Part shown: positions 14,030-27,579 of the stretch, one piece after another
How the letters are laid out: every line of letters starts with the position of its first letter
Position numbering within the stretch: position 1 is the first letter of the stretch
Source of the DNA: Chiloscyllium plagiosum
Taxonomy: Eukaryota
DNA: 64,000 nucleotides
Direction: 5' to 3'
Assembly: GCF_004010195.1 (NCBI RefSeq)
Contig: NC_057711.1
Coordinates: 17,080,719-17,144,718, forward strand
The notes under the pieces: model-generated
The model's input: only the letters and a program-made list of their open reading frames with translations
The model's database searches: none
What the model was told of the DNA's origin: nothing
Position numbers and translations under genes: made by a program

Positions 14030-14240
14030 TCCACATACTATCAAGAATCGGAACAACATCGTTACTCCTTCACTGTCACTGGATCAAAATCCTCGATCCC
14101 TCCCCATGACAAGTGTAGGTGTGCTTGCACCCAAGGACGGCAGTGGTTCAATAGGTCTCTCACCACCACCTTCCTCAGGGCAATAATGGAGGAGCAATAT
14201 GCGCTGATGTCAGTAATGAAACCCACATTCTGTGACAGCA
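14030..14240 (+). mobile_element. LINE 3' end sharing its tail with SINE family 2 (related pieces at 12410-12600, 25160-25380 minus, 26355-26530)
   Basis: TCAAAATCCT...CAGTGGTTCAA...CTCACCACCACCTT...GGGCAAT recurs in several copies. Confidence 0.65.
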
Positions 14241-14792
14241 TGTTTAAAACTTGGCTGCGCAACCGACCCCCGAGCTGGGAACTTTACCTCATCATTCCAG
14301 AAAAATAATGACAGCCCTTTCCCTAAATGAATGCTTGTTTCACTCAGAGATAAACAGAGTACAACAAATGATAGGCACAACAAAACACATAGTTATGGTT
14401 TCAAATAGTCAGGGGAAGGTAATGTAAATGTACAAATTGATTTGCAGCAAGGAAGTGAACAAGGACAATAAAACCAAGGAATTGATGGGAACCGATGTTT
14501 TCTGTGTACAAGTGTCCAGCTTGCTAGGAATTAAACTGGAATCGATGCCATGATATCAGGGTCACCATACAAACTCGGATAAATCCTGGACGAGATTGAG
14601 GAGCAAACTTACAAGGATATACATCTCTACTCTATGATTAAAATGATAAACTGTGCATCATGTGGAAGGGGAATGGATAGTTAAAACATGAAGATGTAGA
14701 GAAAAAAATATGGCCAACAAATTTTGTCCATGATTTGTCAGGTATCTTATTGTACTCAAGAAACCATACCCAAGGAGTGGGTAAGGGAAGAT

Positions 14793-15216
14793 GTCATAGA
14801 GAGGTACAGCATGGAAACAGACTTTTCAGTCCAAATCAACGATGCCGACCAGATACTCTAACCTAATCTAGTCCCATTTGCCAGCACTTGGCCTATATCC
14901 CTCTAAACCCTTTCTATTCATATACCAGCAAGATACATTTTAAATGCTGCAATTGTACTAGCCTCCACCACTTCCTCTGTCAGCTCATTCCATACATGCA
15001 TTCTGTGTGAAAAAGTTGCCCCTTAGGTCCCTTTTATATCTTTTCCCTCTCACCCTGAACCTATGCCATCTACTTCTGGACTCCCCCAACCCAGTGAAAA
15101 GACCTTGTCTATTTATCCTATCCATGCCCCTAATGATTGTATAAACCTCTGTAAGGTCACCCCTCAGCCTCTGATGCTCCAGGGAAAACAACCCCAGCTT
15201 ATTTAGCCTCTCCCTA
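14793..15216 (-). mobile_element. CR1/HER1 LINE 3' fragment
   Basis: ERLNKLGLFSLEHQRLRGDLTEVY...FFTQ (CR1 ORF2 C-terminus) followed by the 3' UTR. Confidence 0.9.
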
Positions 15217-16029
15217 CCTAGCAATTTACAAAGAAAGGAGCAGAAATTTAATGGTGGAACCGAAGGCTGGGAGAGAGATATCTGTAGCTTGTAAAACATC
15301 ACAGTGTCCACACCAGAAGAGAGATGAATGAAACACCTAGCAACATTGAATAAGGGAGAGTCACAATAGCAAAGGGAAAAGAGATCATGCTTGAGAAATG
15401 TATTAGAGTCCTCAGTGAATGTAGTGGATGTATATAATTACTTCAAATTTCTACACAGAAATAGAGCATTAGATTTAAAAGGTTCTATGCTGGTGTTCAT
15501 GTTCCACACAAGCTCCCACCCACCTTGATTCACTGCATTCTGTCAAAATGATTTCCCAATCTGATGTCTATTAAGTAATTACTTAATGTTTCTTGTTTGC
15601 TGTTTCTGTGCTTTTGGACAGTAGTAAAAACACAGCAGTGGAACCGTTCAGGTCAAAGGAGCCAAAAAGGTCATAGTCAAAACAAAACTAGAGACTGAAA
15701 TCAAGAAACATTTCTTCATATAATAGATGGTGAGAAGTTTGTTATAATGACTCCCCCCAAAAATGGCAAATGATGCTAGATCAATTGTTCATATCAAAAC
15801 AGAGGTCAGTTGACTTTTGTTATCCTTTTAGTCCAAGTGTAGAAATGTATGTCCTTGTAAATCTGCCCCTCAATATAGTCCAGGATTTAGCCTAGTTTGT
15901 ATGGTGCCCCTGATATCAAGGCATTCATTCCAGTTTAATTCCGAGCAAGCTTGTACACAGAATTTTAAAGCATCAGTTATTGATCAATTCCCTAGTTTTA
16001 CTGGCTTGTTCACTTCCTTGTTACACATA

Positions 16030-16750
16030 AGGAGCAAAGATAAATACATGGAGCTGAGTCATAAATTACCCATGGCCTCTAGGATGGACAGGCTCGAGGG
16101 AGAAAATAAACTCAACCTTTTATCCTATATCCTATATTTCATGACAGTGTTTATGCTCACATCAGTGTCATTCCATTCTTGTTTATCTAATCCCATTGCA
16201 ATAGCCTTTTACCCCTTCTTCCTCAATAATTATCTAGCTTTCTATTAAGTGTATTTATGTCTCCTTAACCAATACATGCAGCAATGCTTTTCACGTTTTA
16301 ATCAGTCTCTTGAGTTAAGACATATGTTCCAACATCCTTCCTGGGTTCAGTAAATCCATGAACTCCAATTCTAGACCTGTTTATAAGGGGAAACTTCTTT
16401 TTCATCACTGTCCTACCACAACTCTTCATAACTTTAAAGATCTCAAGTGAGGTGATTTATATTTTAATCCTGGAAAAAGTTGTTAAGATCAGATCAGCAT
16501 ATTTGGATCACTCAGAAGGGAAAAAAGGGAGAAATTGGTGTACATGGGACAATATCAGTATGGAAACTGGTAACTAATGAAGATTTTCATGGGTCTCTTC
16601 TTATTAGGCTTTACTATTCTCCTGGCTTGTGAGTGGGGAATCAATTACCTTCAGTGAAGTGGAAGAACAGAGAAATTTTATATATAAGGCAATGTCAGTA
16701 TGGAAACTGCTAACAGATGGAGTTTTTCAGGAATCAGGTATAGGATTTTT
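16030..16750 (+). repeat. Diverged local duplication, copy 1 (copy 2 at about 18855-19600)
   Basis: Collinear blocks such as TTATCTAATCCCAT, TTCTTCCTCAATAATTATC, CTCTTCATAACTTTAAA, GTTGTTAAGATCA and GGAGAAATTGGT-TACATGGGACAA. Confidence 0.75.
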
Positions 16751-16834
16751 CTGTCTAAGAAAAAGAATAAAAGAAGCATTGATTCACACAATGCCATTCA
16801 CAATTACTGGATGTCTTAATGCACTCACAGATAA

Positions 16835-17185
16835 TATAAGAACATAAGAACCAGGAGCAGGAGAAGGTAATTCAGCTCCTTGAGCCTACTCTAAAGTTTT
16901 GGCTTATCTCATCTCAGCCTCAACTCCAGTTTCTCACCCACTCTCCATAACCCTGTTACTCATTAAAAATCTGTCTGTACCTTCCTTAAATTTACTCAAA
17001 GTCCCAGCATCCACTGTACTCTCATGCAGTGAATTCCACAGATCTATCACTCTTTGAGGGAAGAGATTTCTCCTTAAGTCTAATTTACAAATGCTACTCC
17101 TTACCCTAAAACAATGACCTCTCGTTCAAGATTGTCCAATACGAGGAAACATCCTTTCTGCATCCACTTTGTCAATCCCCTCGGG
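16835..17185 (-). mobile_element. CR1 3' fragment
   Basis: ATAAGAACATAAGAACCAGGAGCAGGAG tail and a GTGAATTCCACAGAT motif. Confidence 0.75.
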
Positions 17186-17320
17186 CATTAATTAGACCGC
17201 TGAAATACTTTCAAACTGCAATTACTCTTGTAAAGAAGGAAATGAAGCAGCCAATTGATGTAAGGTATATGAATGGTTTAGAATGGACTACAGCTAAAAT
17301 GAGAAAGAGAAGTAACAGTT

Positions 17321-17660
17321 TATAGAATCCCGACAGTGTGGAAGCAGGCCATTTGGCCCTTCACGCCTATGCTGGTCCTCCAAAGAGCATTCCATTCAGA
17401 CCCACTCAATATCTGTAACTCTGCATTTCCCATGGCTAATCCACCCAGTGCCTTGCACATCCATGGACACTGGGGAATTTAGCATGGCTACTCCACTTAA
17501 CCTGCACATCTTTCGACTGTGGGAAGGAACTGGAGCACGCAGAGGAAACCCATGCAGACACGAGGAGAATTTGCAAACCCCACACAGTTACCCAAAGTTG
17601 GAATCAAATCCTGATCCTTTAGAGGCAGCAGCGCTAACTACTGAGCCAATGATGCCACCC
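17321..17660 (-). mobile_element. HE1 SINE
   Basis: tRNA-like head, V-domain (GGAAACCCATGCAGACACG) and HER1-type tail. Confidence 0.9.
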
Positions 17661-19337
17661 TCAGAAACATAATCAGCAAGATTTAATGCAGGTAATAGGA
17701 AGGAATTATCCCAAGCGTAGAGAGTTGCCTCTAAAGATCAGGAAACTAGGCTGGGCAGCAACAAATTTTATTTCTCGGTATATAAATATAAAGCATTAAG
17801 ACCGTGAAAGAGGTTTAATTCATGAAAATATAAACCTATCAGAGCAGTCCACAAGGTTTAACATGGGAATACTCTGTGGATAGGTTGATTATATAACTAA
17901 TAACACATTATATGGCAAAATGTTATGCCTCTCTTCTGCTCATGATTATTTGCAAATGTGGTCATTACCAGACCATTTTTCTTCTAGTAGATGGCTTGCA
18001 TTTTGAGGACTTTTTTAAAAAAGAGGTGACAATATGTCTTGAGAGTCCTCCAAAATAAAGCAAAGTCTTTCATTGTAATTCACCTCTTCCTGGGTGTCTC
18101 CGTTAGACCTGCACTGTAACATCCACTCGAAGCGCAGGAGGATGGGTTGACAGTGCACCTTCAATTCAAGCAAGGACCGAGAGCAAATGGAGGAAATCAA
18201 ATTGAACAAAACTTGTAAAAGAAATGTGGTGGTGGTGGAAGTTGTGAGGGATGGAGGGAGGTTTTGGAGGGTGCAGGATAGTTCCATCTGGAATATACAA
18301 GGGTTTGAACAAAACAGGAAAAAGTAAATTCAGCGAAAAGGTTAATCTATTTATAGGAGGAGTTTTTTACACTATTAAGGGCATGTGAATGTGGAAAATA
18401 AATTTGTCAGAGATCTTTGCAAGGACAATTGGTGGGGTAGCTGAACCCTTTATATAAGCATCAATATGAATATTAATTTTATGCAATCCTCCAGTGTTTC
18501 AATTCACCTGGATTCTGGTTGAATAAATTTGTTGATTTGTTGATAAATAATGGAATTTTGTATTTCCAGTATCAGATGAAAGATTTGAAAAACTGTCAAG
18601 TTTACATTAATGTCCATTACTTTCTATTTCAGCATATTGTTGTAGAGAGTCTTGATCAATAGACAAAGAGAACCTTAGCATTTTCAGGCTGGTCGATAGC
18701 TGGAAGAGCACTGTTTTAAGATCAGTTGTAAATTCAGTCAGAGGGACGATGAGAAGAATTTTTCTTAATGCTGTGAATGTCCTAATCTGGAATGCACAGC
18801 CCAAAAAGGTGGTGGGAGCACTTCAAGACCATCTTTCAAAAGGGATTTGGATATGAAGCAAAGATGCACAGATAAAGTCAGGTCACAAATTAACCATGGT
18901 CTCGTTGAATGATGGAAGAGGTGCCGGGGAAAAAAATTGACTTAACCTTTTTCTATATTCTTATATTTCATTCCAGTACTTATGCTCCACATTAGCATCA
19001 TTTCACCCTTGTTATCTAATCCCATAGCCTTTTATTCTTTCTTCCTCAATAATTATCCAGTTTTCCATAAAGGGCGCTTGTTATTCTCAACCAACACATG
19101 CTTTTCACATTTCAATCAGCCTCTAAGTTAAGCAATTTCTTATTGATTTTATGGGCTTATGAGCTTTAATCCTGACATGTTCCCAAATGGAAATATATTT
19201 TCCATTTCTGTTTTACCAAACCTCTTCATAACTTTAAAACCTTGAGCAAGATGATTTATGTTTAAATTCTGGAAAATGTTGTTAAGATCAAATCAGCACC
19301 AAACCACCTGATCTTCCACGGCATTAGGAAGGAACCT

Positions 19338-19431
19338 CAGTCCTGATGAAGGGCTCTTGCCTGAAATGTCGATTCTCCTGCTCCTCTGGTGCTGTGTGAC
19401 CTGCGGTGTTTTTCCAGCACCACATTTTCAA
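19338..19431 (+). mobile_element. PLE terminal fragment with hammerhead motif
   Basis: CAGTCCTGATGAAGGGCTCTTGCCTGAAATGTCGATT followed by the same 3' sequence seen in the other copies. Confidence 0.85.
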
Positions 19432-19891
19432 CAAATTAGAAAGGATCATGTTGATTTGGTGGGTGAGGGAATCAGTTGGCTTAATCAAAGTGGAAATTAG
19501 ATCACTCCAAAGGGAACCATGGAGAAATTGGTCTACATGGGACAAGATCAATATGGAAGCTAATGGAGCTTTTCCAGGATCACTAAGGGATTGCTGTTTG
19601 CCTGAAATTTTTTTAAAAATTGCAGGTTAAGAACTAGGCAGTGCAAAAATCAGATAGCTCGTCATCGAGCTGACTCAAGTACAATGAGATATTGGCCTTC
19701 TTCTGTGCTGTGTGGTTCTAGGAGGTATCAGTGAGGCTCAACACAAAGAAATATGCAGCAAGAAACTCTGAGAAAAAGTGACAATTGGTTGAAATCCTAC
19801 CACGTCCTTGGGTGCACTGACTTTGTGAAATTGAATTTAGTTTCCCTGGAAATGGCTAAGTAGGTTAGGTTCCAGGAGAGAAAAGACTTTA

Positions 19892-19976
19892 AAATTTCAA
19901 AAGAACTGCAGGTGCTGTAAATCAGAAACAAGAACAGAAATTGCTGGAAAAGCTCAGCAGATCTGGCAGCATCTGT
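19892..19976 (-). mobile_element. PLE 3'-tail fragment
   Basis: ACTGCAGGTGCTG...GCTGGAAAAGCTCAGCAGATCTGGCAGCATC. 14-bp TSD GAGAAAAGACTTTA at 19878-19891 and 19977-19990. Confidence 0.8.
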
Positions 19977-20441
19977 GAGAAAAGACTTTAGTCGCTTTTC
20001 AAAAGTTATTGTTTCCATCATCCTTCTAGACAATGTATTCCTGATAATAACCCTATTAGTCTTTTACAAGTTGCCTAACGTCTGTGCCTTTTAATTACTG
20101 AATGTCCAGTCAATGAGTACAGCAGGTCAATTCCACACCCTCCCCCCAACCCTGCCAAATCAGAAGCTGCCTCTCAGTGTCCAATGCCTGGTTCAAAGAA
20201 ACAGAACCCAATGCATGTACAGAGCAATCCTGTCTCTCTACACTCCAGTGGAGTCGAAGATATCAAATGTCCACATCTGTCCTCTACATTTTCACTGACA
20301 GGAAAGTCAAGTGGAGGACATAGCCCGACCAGCCATGATTTGACTGAACTGGAAAACAGGCACAAGAGGATGAATGGCCTATTCTTGTTCCTATTTCTTA
20401 TGTTACTCATCTTCAGTCAGCAAATGAATATAATGGCAAAA

Positions 20442-20560
20442 GTCTAGATTAGAGTGGTGCTGGAAAAGCACAGCAGGTCAGGCAGCAGAAGAGCAAGAAA
20501 ATCGACGTTTCAGGCAAAAGCTCTTCATCAGGACTGAAGTCAGGGAGCCTCCAGGGTGAG
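20442..20560 (-). mobile_element. PLE terminal fragment with hammerhead motif
   Basis: Reverse complement contains CAGTCCTGATGAAGAGCTTTTGCCTGAAACGTCGATT. Near-identical to the arms at 46446 and 51621. Confidence 0.85.
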
Positions 20561-21323
20561 GATGGACATTTGATCATAACAGAAACCACTCAGCAATTTA
20601 TTGACAATGAGACAGTCTTTAATAGAAATAAAAACAATATTTTCTAATCTCCTCAATACATCAAACAAGATGGATCTTTTGTGCAAACCATCAACTTTTA
20701 AGCTGAGCCTCCAAATGTAGTTCTTTATTTCATATGCAATTAATGCCGCTGATCATACCACCACTATCCCACCAATGCTGACAACCAGCACCCCCCAATC
20801 TGCCACATGAAACCATTATCTCTGGTGGCTTCAGCCATATTTTGAAGAAAGCTATCAAAACATGGTTCCAGATTCCTTTGAATAAATCCCAACATCAAAG
20901 AAATGAAGTTCAGCATTTCTGTTAGAAGATTTAGTGCTTTGAATAGATTGATTTGACACATTGCTGAGAGGGCCACTGCTTTATTGAAAATGACCTGTGA
21001 GATGGGGCTCCCTCAGTCATCAAAAGCAACAGTTACTCTCTGGATATCAATGCTTTTGGCAAACCAGGCTTTAAACACATCAATGAACAATGCCAGAGAG
21101 CAAAGATAAAGACAAATAGAGGGAAAAGAATCTTGCATTCACAAGACCATTATTTCTGATTCAGCCAATATGAGGTGAAAAGGTAAACCCATTATTTGTG
21201 ATGGATGAAGGAAAGATTTGAAATGACCTGGATTGTGTTCTGCAGCTATTCACCATGGAGTATGGTAAGGGCCTCAATGATATATTTTACCGATAACAAT
21301 ACTGAGAAAACAATCCAACTTTG

Positions 21324-21429
21324 GGGCCAAAAGAGAAAGTGCTGGAAAATCTCAGCAGGTCTGGCAGCAGCTGTAAGGAGAGAAAAGAGCTGACGTTTCG
21401 AGTCTAACTGACCCTTTGTCAAAGCTTTT
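21324..21429 (-). mobile_element. PLE terminal fragment, second subfamily
   Basis: 11-bp TSD ATCCAACTTTG at 21313-21323 and 21430-21440. Decayed hammerhead (TTGACAA-AGGGTC...GACTC-GAAACGTC) at its truncated end. Confidence 0.75.
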
Positions 21430-21625
21430 ATCCAACTTTGAGGGATGGGTTTGGGTAGACTGCCCCTTCAGAGGATGGACTCAATGGGCTGAATGGCCTG
21501 CTTCCACACTTTAGGGATTGTATGATTTTATGAACTGAAACATTGTTGTTTCTCTTCGTCCTTTTCTTCTTTCCTTAACTGAATGGGGCATAGTGGCAGA
21601 TACGGAATGAGTTATCTCACCCTGG

Positions 21626-23100
21626 TTAGAGACAAACGTACTGCAGATCATGGAATCCAAAGTAGACAGGCAGGAGGCTGGAAGAACACAGCAAGCCAGA
21701 CAACATCAGAAGGTGGAGAAGTCAATGTTTCCAGTGCAACCCTTCTTCAGGACTGGGGATGGGTGTGGAGAGAGGAGCTGCAGAAAAAGAGGGTGGTGGG
21801 GGCAGGGTGATGAAGTGGGGATAGGATGACAGATAGAGGGTACGACCTGGTTGGTCAATGAGAGGAATGAATCCCGTTGGTGGCAGGGAGGAGTGGAAGG
21901 CAGAGGGGCTGGGAAGGGAATTGGGAATGGGGAAGGGAATTGGGAATGGGAAAGGAGGTTATTTGAAATTGGAAAAATCAGTGTTGAGTTCTCTGGGCTG
22001 TAGGCTGCCCCAGGCGGAAAATGAGGTGTTGTTCCTCCAATTTGCGGTTTGGTTCATTGTGGCAATGGAGGAGGCCAGGGATGGTCATGTTGGAAAGGGA
22101 GTGGGAAGAGGAAATAAAATGGGCGGTGACAGGGAGGTCAGGTCAGCCCCTATGAGCCCGGCTTCGATGCTCAGCGAAGCAATCCCTAAGTTTACGTTTA
22201 GTCTCCTAGATGTAGAGAAGACCGCATCGGGAGCACCTGATGCAGTAAACTAGGTTGAAAGAAAGGCAGGTAAACCTCTGTATCATCTGGAAGGACTGTT
22301 TGGGGTCTTGAATGGAGGTGAGGGGGATGGGTGGTATACTGGAAGGTTTTGAATCTTTTCTAATTGCAGGGGAAGGTACCCGAAGGTTCAGGGGTGTCAG
22401 TGAGGAGAGGTAGTGCAAACCAAGGACTGTCAAAGGGAACAGTCCTTGCGGAAGGCAGAGAGGGACAGGGAGGGGAAGATGTTCTTGGTGGTGTGGTCTA
22501 GTTGAAATTGGTGGAAGTATTTAAGGATGATGCGCCAGATGTGGAGACTGGTGGGGTGGTAGTGAGGACAAGGGGTCTCTGTCTTTATTGCGTTGGAAGG
22601 GGGGAGTTTAGAGCAGTGGAATGGGGAATGGAGGTGGTGTGCTGGAGGGCTGTCTGGATGACAGAGAGAGGAAAAGCACATTGTTCAAAATAGGTGGACA
22701 TCTGGGATGCTTGGGAGTGAAATGTCTCCTAGTCCGAGCAGAGGCAGCAGAGGCGGAGGAATTGGGAGAATGGGATGGAGTTCTTGCAGGATACTGGGTG
22801 AGGAGGTGTAGTCCAGGTAGTTATGGGAGTCTGTGGGTTTATAATAAATGTCCGCCTGGAGACTGTCACCGGAGATGGAAATGGAGAGGTCACGAAAGGG
22901 GAGGGAGGTGTCCGAAATGGACCAAGTGAATTTGAGGGCAGGGTGGAATTTGTGGGCGAATTCGATAAAGTGCTCCAGTTCAGCCTGGGTGCAGGACGCT
23001 GCATCGATGCAGTCATTGGTGTAACAATGGAAGAGTTGGGCCAACAAAGAGGTAGGCATAGGTTGGGCCCATTGGGAAGCCCATGGCCATCCTCTGGTAG
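21626..23100 (-). mobile_element. Penelope-like element, decayed RT plus GIY-YIG endonuclease
   Basis: Frameshifted ORFs give AMGFPMGP, LFHCYTNDCID (degenerate YIDD), DIYYKPTDSHNYLDY, CKNSIPFSQFLRL and LVYCIRCSRCGLLYI (GIY-YIG). The 3' end has a hammerhead-like motif at about 21719-21755 and the tail. Confidence 0.9.
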
Positions 23101-26100
23101 CTGAGCTTCATTTGTTAGCCCGTGTAGCAGGAGTGCTCAATCACAAGGGATCATCAGAAGCAAGTTGGATCATATCGCACTCAATAGTTACACACACCAA
23201 CAGTTCCAGCAACTGTCATGTTGCACTGATCCTATTTAACTCCTAGCTGAGGTTAATGGCAGCATTTCTTGCCGATGTCTGGCTGGCGGGGGTGAGGGTG
23301 TGTGGGTAGCTAAACAAGTTAGATGGTGCCAACTCTCTGTGCTTCACATTGGGACTTTACCGTATTGGAAGCTGTGCCACTGTGTCCATAACTCACATTG
23401 GCAAGGTGCTTGCTGCCCCTGAGTTGTGTCATGGGGAGTGGTTGTGAGATTGGGAATCCCCAGCCACAGTTCATCAGAGAGTAAAGGAGCTCCCTCATAA
23501 AATAGAACAACTTGCTTTGAAACCGCTGTTCACAATCCCTATGTCAAGTTTATGAACAATTCTGTTAATGGCAGAATAATAACACATCGGAATCAGCCAT
23601 TGACCCAAAATATCTCTACATTTCTTTCTTCACATGAGCTTCTTTTCACACCTCTTTGTCTAAAAACAACATGCCCTTCCATTCCATTATCCCTCATGTA
23701 CTTAACGAGTTGACTTATTCCATCAATGCATCTTCGCTATTGATTCAACTACTTAAGGTGACAAAGTTCCACAGTCTAACCTTTCGTTGGATAAGGTTCC
23801 CTGTGACTTCAAATGAAGTCCTTATGGCATTCATCCAGCAATTCAAGTTGTTAACGTACAGACTTTCAGCTCTTCACTCAGGTTATCTGGACAAGCATAT
23901 GTGTCAGGTTAAAATGCAGAAGTTGCCTTGGGACTGTCTGGATCATAATTTATTCAGACAATCTTTGCAGGGAATCAGCCCTTATGGTGTTGTGTACTTC
24001 CTAAATATGGCATCTTTAAGGCTTTGATGCTACTTCTGGATGTACATTTGCACAGACAGTACCCTAAATGCTTACTTCAGTTGTTTGCTACTATTGTGCA
24101 AGGAACTGCCCCAGAATGAGATGACCATAAAAATCTTTTTTTCTTCAAATGGAAATAAATAACTCTTTCTTTCTCATGTTTCCATAAAATTGGAGCAGAA
24201 GGTTAATGTGCTGAACGCCAGTTAAACCCCATGTCCATATTCATGTTGAAGAGAGTGAGTTCGAGGAGTGGCTTAGTGGCCCTAACTAGTCAGGGGAGAC
24301 CCTGACAATTCACTAGTGTTAGGAATAAGCTGCTGCTTAGGTCATGCTGCTAGGAAGGAATACGGTTTCAAAAATACAGCAGCACATCAAACCTTAATGC
24401 GCTTTGCAATCAATTAATTACTTTTGAAGTGCAGGCATTCTTATTGTGTGGACAAATACAATTATTAATGTGAACCTCAGAATAGCTAACAAATTGATCT
24501 GGAATTTTCATGAACATTCTCTTAGAGCCTGCCTTATTGCAAATATAAAATGCATTGACACTATTTCTCTTGTGTATCTGTTGAGTTCTCATTCAGGCTA
24601 TGGAGAAGCATCGTGAGAATGCATCAGGGCAATATGTTTTTGATTGGTATGCCTGATCCCTGCGGAGAAGGAGTGATTTGTATCTTACTCTAATAATAGC
24701 TCCAATATGTCAAAGCTGTTTTAGTTTTAGTAATATCAATTCAATATTAATTTATTCAGTATTTTACTGTTCATACTATTTATTCTGTAATTTATTCTGG
24801 AATCCAAGATCGAAGCAACATTATCCATTTTTCATTGTACATGGGATCAAGCGACAATACATGAAATAAATAAATGAGGATGTACTCAAGGAGATATGCC
24901 ATGATGACATTAGATTGTGTGGAACTGGGACCTGAGTGTGTGACGTTACAGAAATGCCCTCTCTTAACCTCTTAACAACAGTGGTTGATGTTCACTGAGA
25001 TAGGTATCTAGCAACATCTCAATTACTCTAATATTATTTGACGAGAACACAGAGATCTTAACAGGAAGTCAGATTTTTAAATGAATTATTTTACTGAATT
25101 ATTCCTCTGAAAAATGGAGTACTTAGGCAAACAGCACTTTATTCATATCTTCACTGATGGGGTGTAGGCATTACTAGTTAAGCATTTATTGTCCATTTCA
25201 ACTGCTCCTTAAAAAGGTGGTGGAAGCTGCCTTCTTGAGCTGCTGCAGTGCTCGATGTGTAGGTACACCCACAGTGATGTAAAGGATAGAATTACATTAT
25301 CTTGAAACAGCAACAGTGGAAGAACAGCAAAATAGTCTCAAGTTAAGGTGATGTGGGGCTTACAGGGAAACGTGCAGGTAATGGAGATACATGCAACTGG
25401 GTTCAGAGAAGATTGATTAAACTGGGATGAGTTTGCATTCATTACCATAATTGGAAATTTGTATTGATAAAGGAAATACCACACTCCTGTTTATTTGGGA
25501 TGCAGCGTAAAACAATTCACAAAACTGCTAACTGAACTACAATTTTGGATCACAGAGATATCTGCACAACTTTGTGTCTGGTGAGCAGATTCACTTCCAG
25601 ATCAATCCTTAATTCTGCTTCTGACCCCAGCCTGATTATACTTCAGTTCTCGGGTTTGGAATTATATCTTCGGCTAGGGCTATGGGACCTTGTAATCGTG
25701 AACGGAAGAGAAATGTCTCAGTCTAAATCAAGTGGGGAGGAAGAGAGGGGCACCATATGGGTTAGAGAAACAGGAAAAGAATAACAAGATCAACCAAGCG
25801 AGAGAGTAGCAAGTTCTGCCATGATCCACAGATGGAGCGAGTGTGTTAGCATGAAGGGAGAGTTGAAATATTCCTCTGTGACAGTCATATAAAGAATTTA
25901 CAAGTTACACTTAGCACCATTGGCTTTCCAATAATATCCCACAATTTCTACTAATACAGTGGAAAATCTCACAATTTTAACAGAATTATGACTGAATGCA
26001 AAACAGAAGGGGACCACTTGGCCCATCGAGTCGGTATGCTTTGTCATTGTTCAATGCAGTCAGTCCCATTTACCCTCTTTCACTTCTTTTACTTTTTTTC

Positions 26101-26539
26101 CCCTTGTATTTTACAAATAATCAGGATATATTTAGATCAAGTCTCCACAAACCATGGCTAATAAATCCTCCGACTGAAATAACAGCAGATGATTTCTCCA
26201 ACAAAAAAGTATGGGATAGTTACATTCCATAAATGATGTATGAAAGAACAGGACAGTATCTATTACAGTAGTGACTAATAGAGGTGACTGGAAGAAGAAT
26301 TGTCCATTTTCTCCACTTGCATTTCATTATAAGCCACCATCCTGAAATGGAACTGTTCCTGCACTGTCAATGGTTCAAAGTCCTGGAATACCTCATGGCA
26401 TTGTGAGTGCACCTTCCCCCTAAGGAGCACAGTAGTTCAAGCAGCCAACTCACTACCACTTTCTCTATGGCAGTAGGGGTAAGCACTAAATGTTGGCATT
26501 TCCAGCAACACTCATATTCTATGAATGAATAATCAAAGA

Positions 26540-27530
26540 GTCTCCCATTTTGGTCAGGCCTATTTCCAGTCATAAGCGTTCAGAGGAGAAGGCAATATAG
26601 ACTGTAATGCCAATTGTATCACCCAAAGGATCATGGCTCTGTTATCTCAGGTAACTTGACTATGACATTATTGATTGATTCAATCTCCTTGCAGAATACC
26701 AGGTCAACTATAGTCTTCTCTCTGGGTGGCACTAAAACAGGGTCCTCCAAGAAACTATCAGTAAAACATTCCATGAATTCTTTATCAAGGCTACCTTTGC
26801 CCATCTTACTGCCCAGGCTATATGTAGATGTTACAATACTTTACTAGTAAGCTCTTAATATTTCTTCCTATATGTTTGGCATTAGGAGGCTGGTATACCA
26901 TTCCCTGAAGTTACTTCTTACTTTCTCATCTCAACCCAAACTATTTCCACATCCTGAACTTAGATCATCATTCTCTATTGTGCTCGTACAATTACTAACA
27001 AAAAGAACCACTCCCACTTCGTTTTTTACTTTACTGTCTTTTTCAAATGTCCTGTACTCTTCAAGATTCTGGTGCCAGTGTGCGTCATTTTGAAGCCATG
27101 TCTGTGTAATCATAGAATCGCTACAGTTTGGAAGGAGGCCACTCAGCCCATTGAGTTCATACCAACCCTCTGTAGAGCACTCCACCCAGACCCCCACCCT
27201 ATCCCTGCAACCCTGCATTTCCCATGGCTAACCCACCTAACCTGCACATCCCCAGATGCTATCGGCAATTTAGCACAACGAATGCACCTAACCTGCACAT
27301 TCTTGGACTATAGGAGGAAACCGGAGCACCCAGAGGAAACGCACACAGACACGGGGAGAATGTGCAAACTCTACACAGACGGTCGTCCAAGGATGGAATC
27401 AAACCCGGGTCCCTGGCACTGTGAGGCAGCAGTGCTAACCACTGAGCCACCACGCTGTAACGACTACCAAATCTTTCTTATTCATTTCCATTTGCACTTT
27501 CAAATGAAATGTTTTGTCTTGAATGCAAGT
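26540..27530 (-). mobile_element. Old CR1 ORF2 AP-endonuclease fragment, interrupted by an HE1 SINE
   Basis: TQTWLQ...YRTFEKDSKVKNEVGVVLFV resembles TETWL...Y..FRKDR..GKGGGVAL. Downstream GKGSLDKEFMECFTDSFLE. TGTAA on both sides of the SINE. Confidence 0.7.
27110..27455 (-). mobile_element. HE1 SINE
   Basis: A box TGGCTCAGTGG and B box GGTTTGATTCC on the minus strand, plus V-domain and tail. Confidence 0.92.
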
Positions 27531-27579
27531 TTTGGATGCAGTTTCTCAAAATTAGGCTTATGGTGTTGAGCGTAACATT

